A stretch of 63,958 bases of DNA, counting the filler, from Octopus bimaculoides (Eukaryota): assembly GCF_001194135.2 (NCBI RefSeq). It is 3 parts of 3 records of this genome, joined end to end, with 100 filler letters (N's around TTAATTAATTAA, not from the genome) between each part and the next. Parts side by side here need not be neighbours in the genome. Positions count along the whole stretch, not along the records: positions 30,986 to 61,853 come from NC_069005.1; positions 61,954 to 63,958 come from NW_026334142.1; 1 more part is not named here. The stretch is one strand, 5' to 3'. A program made the translations under genes and the position numbers. Below the pieces are notes generated by a model. The model was not told the DNA's origin. It searched no databases and was given only the letters and a program-made list of their open reading frames with translations. The first letter of the stretch is position 1, and every line of letters starts with the position of its first letter. Shown in pieces: positions 54,317 through 63,958 of the stretch.

Positions 54317-55124
54317 NNNNNNNNNNNNNNNNNNNNNNNNNNNNNNNNNNNNNNNNNNNNNNNNNNNNNNNNNNNNNNNNNNNNNNNNNNNNNNNNNNNN
54401 NNNNNNNNNNNNNNNNNNNNNNNNNNNNNNNNNNNNNNNNNNNNNNNNNNNNNNNNNNNNNNNNNNNNNNNNNNNNNNNNNNNNNNNNNNNNNNNNNNNN
54501 NNNNNNNNNNNNNNNNNNNNNNNNNNNNNNNNNNNNNNNNNNNNNNNNNNNNNNNNNNNNNNNNNNNNNNNNNNNNNNNNNNNNNNNNNNNNNNNNNNNN
54601 NNNNNNNNNNNNNNNNNNNNNNNNNNNNNNNNNNNNNNNNNNNNNNNNNNNNNNNNNNNNNNNNNNNNNNNNNNNNNNNNNNNNNNNNNNNNNNNNNNNN
54701 NNNNNNNNNNNNNNNNNNNNNNNNNNNNNNNNNNNNNNNNNNNNNNNNNNNNNNNNNNNNNNNNNNNNNNNNNNNNNNNNNNNNNNNNNNNNNNNNNNNN
54801 NNNNNNNNNNNNNNNNNNNNNNNNNNNNNNNNNNNNNNNNNNNNNNNNNNNNNNNNNNNNNNNNNNNNNNNNNNNNNNNNNNNNNNNNNNNNNNNNNNNN
54901 NNNNNNNNNNNNNNNNNNNNNNNNNNNNNNNNNNNNNNNNNNNNNNNNNNNNNNNNNNNNNNNNNNNNNNNNNNNNNNNNNNNNNNNNNNNNNNNNNNNN
55001 NNNNNNNNNNNNNNNNNNNNNNNNNNNNNNNNNNNNNNNNNNNNNNNNNNNNNNNNNNNNNNNNNNNNNNNNNNNNNNNNNNNNNNNNNNNNNNNNNNNN
55101 NNNNNNNNNNNNNNNNNNNNNNNN

Positions 55125-56220
55125 GAAACACCTAGCATCATAATTCTGAAATATCTATAAAACCGTCAAAAGCTTGTTTATTCTTATGATTTTTATGTAT
55201 TATTAGTGTTGTTTAATATGTTTTGCTAAAATTGCTGTTTCTTTTTAGGTAATTAAAATTCATTAAAATGACAAATCTATCGGACTTGTTGGTGCTCGTA
55301 TGGCAGACGCTAGCTTAACAAAAATAGTCGAAATGTTTGGTGTATCAAGAAGTACTGTCTCGAAGGTAATGCCAGCCTTTAAGACAGAAGGGGAACATCT
55401 CCTCCTCGAAACAAAACTCCGGAAGGAAACCCAAATTTTCAGATAGGGACCGTCGGAAGAGTTAGAAAGGAAGTACAGCTCTCAAAATTACTGCAGAGCT
55501 TAATGACCACCTCCAGAACCCAGTTTCCATAAAAAACTGTTCATCGGGAGCTGCACAAAACTAGATTTCAGGGGAGGGCTGCAATCAGAAAACCACTACA
55601 TTCAAAAACAAACGTTGCAAAGCGCTTAGAGTGGAGTAAAAACCTACAAAATTGGTTCCCAGATCAGTGGAAAAATGTTATTTTCTCGGACGAGTCATTC
55701 TTTACCTTATTTCCGACCATCGGCCGAATATACGTGTGGAGACCGTCAAATGAAGCATTTGACCCAGACTGCCTTCTTCCAATAGTTAAACAAGGAGGAG
55801 AATCTATGATGATCTGTGGTGCTATATCTTGGAAATCCGCCGACCCAATGGTTTCCCTTGATGGCAGAATTAATTGTCAAGACTATTTAATCATTTTATC
55901 TGATCAAATTCATCCTATGGTTGCGGAACTGTTTTCGAAGGGAAACGCAATCTTTCAGGGTGATAATGCACCAATTCACACAGCTAAAATTGTTACTGAA
56001 TGACACGAGGAACATTCTAGTGCAGTTGAACATCTTATCTAGGGACCACAGTCCCCAGATTTCAATATTTTTGAACATTTAATGGTGCATTTTAGAAAAA
56101 TAGTTAGGAGCGGATATCCTCTACCATCATCACTACAAGAACTGGAGAATGTTTTAGCTCAAAAAATGAACAAAAATTCCTTTGGAAACATTTCAAACTT
56201 TGTACGAGTCCATAATATCT
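55125..56220 (+). mobile_element. Decayed Tc1/mariner (DD34E-type) transposon
   Basis: Start near 55268. Motifs include VGARMA, FGVSRSTVSKV (HTH), WKNVIFSDES, VKQGGESMMICGAIS, FQGDNAPIH and PQSPDFNIFEH. Several stops and frameshifts; interrupted by a SINE at about 56232. Confidence 0.9.
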
Positions 56221-56447
56221 TTATTATTAAGGCGGCGAGCTGGCAGAACCGTTAGCACGCTGGACGAAATGCTTAGCGGTATTTCGCTCGTCGTTAACTT
56301 CTGAGTTCAAATTCCGCCGAGGTCGACTTTGCCTTTCATCCTTTCGGGGTCGATAAATTAAGTACCAGTTACGCACTGGAGGTCGACGTAATCAACTTAA
56401 CATGCCTTGTGCCTCCAGGTAAAGGATTATTATTATCATCATCATCA

Positions 56448-56488
<41 letters not shown>

Positions 56489-56988
56489 ATTATTATTATT
56501 ATTATTACCTGCCTCCCTAAATTAAGTATAATGGCAGGCACTCGTCCATAAAATTGAAGTCTAGTTCTAAACATCAGAGTCGTTTAATAGTTTATCAGAC
56601 GCAAGAGAGATACGTGAATAGAACCGAAAGCGTTAACGCAATAATGCACTCACCATAAACCTATTCCATCATGCATGACCTCGACCTACAGAATAGCACA
56701 AATGCAATTCTGTGTCAATTATCGATTGCAATTGTGGAAATCAAGTTTGACGAGACGCAGTAATTCAACACGTGTGTATGTATGTTTGTATGCACGTACA
56801 GTAATGCCTGTATATGACCATCCAGTGATGGCTGTGTGGAGAAGAAGCTGGTTTCTCAACTATGAGGTATTGGGGTCAATTCTCATGGGCAGCACCTTGG
56901 TCAATTGTCTTCCACTGTAGTTCTGGGCCGACCAAAATCTTCAGAATGGATTTCTGATCGACAGAAACTTCAAAGTCGCTCGTCAAAT

Positions 56989-57051
<63 letters not shown>

Positions 57052-57942
57052 TACACACACACACACTCCCTCATACGTACATGTGTAAGTAGGTACGTGT
57101 TTGTGTCGTGTTTGGCTCATACCAGCGCTTGAAAACCGGTGTTGTTTTGTTAATGTCCTTCTTACTTACCGCTTCGTCCAAAAGACTGCGATAAAATGAT
57201 TTCCAGTCTTAAGAACAAAAAGATTAAGTACTGGGTTGGATTTCTTAGATTAAATCCCTCCAGGTGATGCTTCAGCATGGCCTCAGTCCAATGACGGAAA
57301 GACGTGAAAGGCGCATGCGTGAGCGTATACTTCTTAATTACACGTAGTTTGCCTCTCTCTCTGTGCATGTGTGTGTGTGTGTGAGTGTGTGTTTGTGTGT
57401 GTGCTCAACGCACGTGTGTGTGTGTATTCACAAGTTCAAACAAACACGCACACACACACACATGCACACACACAAACTCCCATTCACACACACACACTTG
57501 CATTCGCACACAGGCGCACAAACACACACACATACACACAGCGCGCACATATATTATGTATGAGACGCGAGTACAATAAAGTGTGTGTATTCGTGCGTGC
57601 GCACATTACTTTAAGTACGTTAGCTGTTGTGTGTCGACAGAGGTATATATAAGTTATTATACCAGTGAGTGTACATAAAAGTATGTGTAAGTATATACAT
57701 ACACACATATATAAATGTATACACACACACACCTCACATATATATATATATATATATATATATGCAATTGTGCAAAGCAAGGTGTGTGTTGGTGTGTGTC
57801 TCATAATGTGTGTACTGTTGTGTATGCAAATATGCATGTGTATGTTATGCGCAAATGTGTGACGTACGCTGATGGAAGCGTTTATCTGGGAAATAAAGGC
57901 CAATGAGTATGTTTATGCGCGTGCACAGCTCTTGATGTATGA

Positions 57943-57974
<32 letters not shown>

Positions 57975-60217
57975 NNNNNNNNNNNNNNNNNNNNNNNNNN
58001 NNNNNNNNNNNNNNNNNNNNNNNNNNNNNNNNNNNNNNNNNNNNNNNNNNNNNNNNNNNNNNNNNNNNNNNNNNNNNNNNNNNNNNNNNNNNNNNNNNNN
58101 NNNNNNNNNNNNNNNNNNNNNNNNNNNNNNNNNNNNNNNNNNNNNNNNNNNNNNNNNNNNNNNNNNNNNNNNNNNNNNNNNNNNNNNNNNNNNNNNNNNN
58201 NNNNNNNNNNNNNNNNNNNNNNNNNNNNNNNNNNNNNNNNNNNNNNNNNNNNNNNNNNNNNNNNNNNNNNNNNNNNNNNNNNNNNNNNNNNNNNNNNNNN
58301 NNNNNNNNNNNNNNNNNNNNNNNNNNNNNNNNNNNNNNNNNNNNNNNNNNNNNNNNNNNNNNNNNNNNNNNNNNNNNNNNNNNNNNNNNNNNNNNNNNNN
58401 NNNNNNNNNNNNNNNNNNNNNNNNNNNNNNNNNNNNNNNNNNNNNNNNNNNNNNNNNNNNNNNNNNNNNNNNNNNNNNNNNNNNNNNNNNNNNNNNNNNN
58501 NNNNNNNNNNNNNNNNNNNNNNNNNNNNNNNNNNNNNNNNNNNNNNNNNNNNNNNNNNNNNNNNNNNNNNNNNNNNNNNNNNNNNNNNNNNNNNNNNNNN
58601 NNNNNNNNNNNNNNNNNNNNNNNNNNNNNNNNNNNNNNNNNNNNNNNNNNNNNNNNNNNNNNNNNNNATATATATATATATATGCATATGTATGTATGTA
58701 TGTATGTATGTATGAACCGTGTGTTTACGAGTGCTTTGAAAACGGAGATCAACTGCAATTGTCCATACGCACTTCATACACACTCTCTCATCGACATTGT
58801 GTATTCAATGCCAAGGCACTTAACATTTCGTGGCCCAGTTCAGTGAGTTATAAAGAACTAGTAAAGCGTAACGACGTATAATTAGTGCATCATTAGCTTC
58901 CGATACTGATTATCAACTCCTTCAGTGTATGGAACTTTAAGAGGACGTGGCGATTCTTGACTCCATCTTGCTAAAGATGCGATACTTGAAATCTAGCGAC
59001 TATATCCTCTTTGGATAAACCATACAGAGTTATGGAAGCCATCTCGCAAACAAACACATGAAGAGACACAACCACAAATTAAATGTACATAAACATTTAT
59101 TTTAACCATACATGCACGTACACATTAACACACACACACACATATATTTTATATATATGTATATATATATAATACACACAAACACACATATATATAATAT
59201 ATATATAATATAATATAATATAATATAATATAATATAATATAATATATATATATATNNNNNNNNNNNNNNNNNNNNNNNNNNNNNNNNNNNNNNNNNNNN
59301 NNNNNNNNNNNNNNNNNNNNNNNNNNNNNNNNNNNNNNNNNNNNNNNNNNNNNNNNNNNNNNNNNNNNNNNNNNNNNNNNNNNNNNNNNNNNNNNNNNNN
59401 NNNNNNNNNNNNNNNNNNNNNNNNNNNNNNNNNNNNNNNNNNNNNNNNNNNNNNNNNNNNNNNTATATATATATTTGAACTTGCATGCACGCAAAGACGT
59501 GTGTCTGCTTACATGTATGTGTATGCATATGCACGTGCGCCTGCGTGTATGTCTAGGAGAGACGGAGAGGGAGAGAGAGGGGGTGTATGTATGTCATATA
59601 TATATGTATATGTTATGTGTGTGTTTGTGTAGGTGTATGTTTATTCTTTTATTCTTTTATTCATTTACTCATTCACTTGTTTTAGTCATTTGACTGCGGC
59701 CATGCTGGAGCACTGTCTTGGTGGGATTCTTAGTGGAACAAACCGACCTCACGTCATGTTTCTGTGTAAACCTAGTACTTATTCTATCGCTCTCTTTTGC
59801 CGAAATGCTAGGCTATGTGTATGTAAACACACGAGCGGCGGCTTTAAAGCAATGGTGGTGGTGGTGGTGGAGGGGAGAATTAGACAGAAAAAGAAACACA
59901 CATAAATATGAACATGTGTTATATATACCAGAATAACCACATAAATGTGAAACAAGGTGAGAAAATTAGTACTTGAATACCGCAGGTAGGGTGATATGCT
60001 TTATTAATAAAACAGCAAGAAGCTCAGAAATACATCAGAAAAACCGTTGATCAGAGTTTGACGCTTCGGTTCGTCGGGCAATTTTGATCTACCCGACGAA
60101 CTAGAACATGAAACTCTCGGTGTCACTGTTTTGTGTTTTTGTGACGTTTTTGTAAAAATAGTTTATAAGTGTATATATAAAGTGATGGTATGTTGTCAAC
60201 TTAATGAGACAGTCACA

Positions 60218-60250
<33 letters not shown>

Positions 60251-61690
60251 GGACAGGCTTCTTTAAATTTCCATGTACAAAATCCACTCATGACGACAAT
60301 TTGGTCGGCTCGAGGCTATAGTAGAGGACGCTTGCCCAAGGTGCCATGCAAGAGGACTGAACATGGAACTATGTGGTACAAGGCTAACGATTTTGGGCAA
60401 AAGAGGATGCATAGCTTCTAGTGCTCGACTCGTGATTATATTATCGATTCCGAAAGGGTGAAAGGCAAAGTAGACCTTGGCGAATTTTGGGCTCGGGACG
60501 CAAGGGTGAACGAAATGTCGCTATGCATTTTACCCAGCGTGCAAAGGATTCTGCCATCTCGCCGCAATAGAACGAATCAAAGACTATAAACCGATAATTA
60601 TTATTTTCATCGAAGTAAAATTGTTCCACCTGTGAAGGAAACGTCAAAGGCTGGCGCCATTAACGCGGAGCATAATGCATAATGTACGATGGTATTCAGA
60701 TAATGATATTTGCTATAAATAGATACATTCGTATATGCAGATAGATATACATCGATGTATATACGCATATATTCTCATATCTATGTGGATATACACATAC
60801 GTACACACACGCACACACACACCCACACACACATACACATACACACATATATATATACATATATAAATATCCCTAACTCCCACCCGCCCTCCATTCCTCC
60901 ATCCATCCAAACATACATACGCACACATACTTACACATGCTCACATTTACACACACACACACATAAATGTACGTGTGTATCTATAAAGATATATACATAT
61001 ACATGGATACACGCACAAGAAGGGTAGAAAAAAAGTACATTTGCGCCCGTTTGCACTTTCACACAAACGTATCGAAAAGCACACATATGCAAATACACAT
61101 TCGCATGTCACACAAAAATATAAATTCGCACAACAATTCCTACACATACATACACACATACACGCACACACATTTCATAATATCACGCATACATACATAC
61201 ATTCATTCATTCATTCATTCATTCGTTCACTCATTCATACGTACGAACACGCAGACACATATACGCGATCTCATATATAGACAGAGACATGAAGCGAGCC
61301 GACCAAACTCGCCATCGTACATACAATCCCACCAACTTTGCTGTCTCTTGTAATTTACAATATAAAACCAACGTGCAGGCTTTGGTTTTTGCCAACTAGT
61401 ACAATCTGTCAGCTTATATAAGAGAAATAATATATCGTACAATATACTTTTGTATTATGTTTCTAACACATTTCATGGATTGATCTCTCTGAATTCACCC
61501 CAGAAAGCACTCACCGCCGAGTCTCTGTCAAACTAAATTTACTTTAAATAATTTAACTGGAAACAAATAAATATCGTGATTTTTTCTTTTTTTTTTGGTT
61601 TTTGTTTTGTGAATTTTTAGGTTAATTTTTCTTTCCTTTGAACTATTTATTCTTTTTCTTTCTTTCTTTCCACATTTCATTTCATTAAAG

Positions 61691-61721
<31 letters not shown>

Positions 61722-61777
61722 TCTATCTATCTATCTATCTATCTATCTAACTCTCTCTCTCTCTCTCTCTCTCCCTC

Positions 61778-61814
<37 letters not shown>

Positions 61815-61853
61815 GAATATACATACCAACGTACATATGTGTGTATATATATA

Positions 61854-61953
61854 NNNNNNNNNNNNNNNNNNNNNNNNNNNNNNNNNNNNNNNNNNNNTTA
61901 ATTAATTAANNNNNNNNNNNNNNNNNNNNNNNNNNNNNNNNNNNNNNNNNNNN
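61854..61953. other. Artificial scaffold-join spacer
   Basis: Same N44-TTAATTAATTAA-N44 structure as 30886-30985. Confidence 0.95.
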
Positions 61954-63923
61954 CTCCACAGACACATCTACCCTTAACGTAGTTCTCGGGGATATTCAGC
62001 GTGCACAGTGTGGAAAGGCTGACCCTTTTGAATTACAGGCATAACAGGAACAGGAAGTAAGAGTGAGAGAGAGTTGTGGTGAAAGAGTACAGCAGGGTTC
62101 GCCACCATCCCCTGCCGGAGCCTCGTGGAGCTTTAGGTGTTTTCGTTCAATAAACACTCAAAACGCTCGGTCTGGGAAACGAAACCGCGATCCTATATAT
62201 ATATATATATATATATNNNNNNNNNNNNNNNNNNNNNNNNNNNNNNNNNNNNNNNNNNNNNNNNNNNNNNNNNNNNNNNNNNNNNNNNNNNNNNNNNNNN
62301 NNNNNNNNNNNNNNNNNNNNNNNNNNNNNNNNNNNNNNNNNNNNNNNNNNNNNNNNNNNNNNNNNNNNNNNNNNNNNNNNNNNNNNNNNNNNNNNNNNNN
62401 NNNNNNNNNNNNNNNNNNNNNNNNNNNNNNNNNNNNNNNNNNNNNNNNNNNNNNNNNNNNNNNNNNNNNNNNNNNNNNNNNNNNNNNNNNNNNNNNNNNN
62501 NNNNNNNNNNNNNNNNNNNNNNNNNNNNNNNNNNNNNNNNNNNNNNNNNNNNNNNNNNNNNNNNNNNNNNNNNNNNNNNNNNNNNNNNNNNNNNNNNNNN
62601 NNNNNNNNNNNNNNNNNNNNNNNNNNNNNNNNNNNNNNNNNNNNNNNNNNNNNNNNNNNNNNNNNNNNNNNNNNNNNNNNNNNNNNNNNNNNNNNNNNNN
62701 NNNNNNNNNNNNNNNNNNNNNNNNNNNNNNNNNNNNNNNNNNNNNNNNNNNNNNNNNNNNNNNNNNNNNNNNNNNNNNNNNNNNNNNNNNNNNNNNNNNN
62801 NNNNNNNNNNNNNNNNNNNNNNNNNNNNNNNNNNNNNNNNNNNNNNNNNNNNNNNNNNNNNNNNNNNNNNNNNNNNNNNNNNNNNNNNNNNNNNNNNNNN
62901 NNNNNNNNNNNNNNNNNNNNNNNNNNNNNNNNNNNNNNNNNNNNNNNNNNNNNNNNNNNNNNNNNNNNNNNNNNNNNNNNNNNNNNNNNNNNNNNNNNNN
63001 NNNNNNNNNNNNNNNNNNNNNNNNNNNNNNNNNNNNNNNNNNNNNNNNNNNNNNNNNNNNNNNNNNNNNNNNNNNNNNNNNNNNNNNNNNNNNNNNNNNN
63101 NNNNNNNNNNNNNNNNNNNNNNNNNNNNNNNNNNNNNNNNNNNNNNNNNNNNNNNNNNNNNNNNNNNNATATATATATATATATATATAAATATCTATAT
63201 ATATTTAAGATATCTACCCGCACGTACACACTGGCGCATGCCAAGCGGTATTAAGTGTGCCTGTGTGTAAAAGTAATTTGTGCAAAACACACAACTGACA
63301 CACATTAGTAAGTTCTAAATTCGACAGAGTGAGAAAGAAAATGAGACCATGTTTACGATGAGGCGGACGCGGAAAATGCTAAGAGATATAAATACAGAAA
63401 TAGACAGAGAGTGGGAGGAAGAGAGAGAGAGGGAGTAAGAGGGAGTATAAGTGAAGGCTACGTGGTGGCCTTGCGATGGAGAGGAAGTGAGCATTTTCGT
63501 GATTTAAGCGTCGAACATATTCGCTTTAAATAATTGATAGAAAGCAGATTGGTTCACATTTGAAACTAATAGATAAGCGGCTTTTAGAATATTTTTTGAA
63601 AGAATCACGTACAGGAAACAGTATAATGTATAGATATATATATTTTGAGCGAAACAAATATGTATGTATATGTGCATATGCATGTATATGTATTTCCTTA
63701 TGCGCGCGCGCACATACACATATATATATATATACAGACACACAAACACACACACATACACGCACATATAGGTACATAGTCATGCAGGCACTTATTTACT
63801 GCCATATATACAGACAAAAATTTATATCTCACACTATATATCTCCACATATAGACACATACACATACGAGTACACACACATATATATACATACGTGCAAA
63901 CATACATGCATATACACATACAT

Positions 63924-63958
<35 letters not shown>

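Noticed and set aside
57150-57300. Strong minus-strand donor GCG|GTAAGT suggesting an exon
   Set aside because: The sequence is a diverged family A SINE tail.
57860-57905. TYADGSVYLG resembling a MORN repeat
   Set aside because: A single short match embedded in microsatellite, with no splice context or second repeat.

Overview
Repeat-rich, AT-rich animal genomic DNA, most likely a cephalopod (Octopus-like; inferred from SINE/RTE content and dense (TA)n/(CA)n tracts). The window is stitched from three scaffolds by two artificial 100-bp spacers (N44-TTAATTAATTAA-N44 at 30886-30985 and 61854-61953). Segment 1 (1-30885) holds a compact head-to-head gene pair that the ORF track misses because the exons are short. 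ATPAF2 (minus strand; coding exons 1-4 at 13806-13695, 10104-10060, 7970-7825, 3206-3109) and GID4 (plus strand; exon 1 at 13998-14141) have start codons only 191 bp apart, around an ETS/CCAAT bidirectional promoter. As I recall, human ATPAF2-GID4 has the same arrangement at 17p11.2. Their introns contain a 5'-truncated RTE LINE with a PHD-like finger, tRNA-derived SINEs, and TTAA (piggyBac-like) and hAT MITEs. A 75-bp near-perfect inverted repeat brackets ATPAF2 exon 3. Segment 2 (30986-61853) is gap- and microsatellite-rich and retains CpG. It carries a decayed restriction-like-endonuclease LINE, a decayed Tc1 transposase and a Penelope-type minimal hammerhead-like motif, but no gene I can identify. 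Nearly all ORFs in the supplied track are microsatellite, gap or repeat artefacts.
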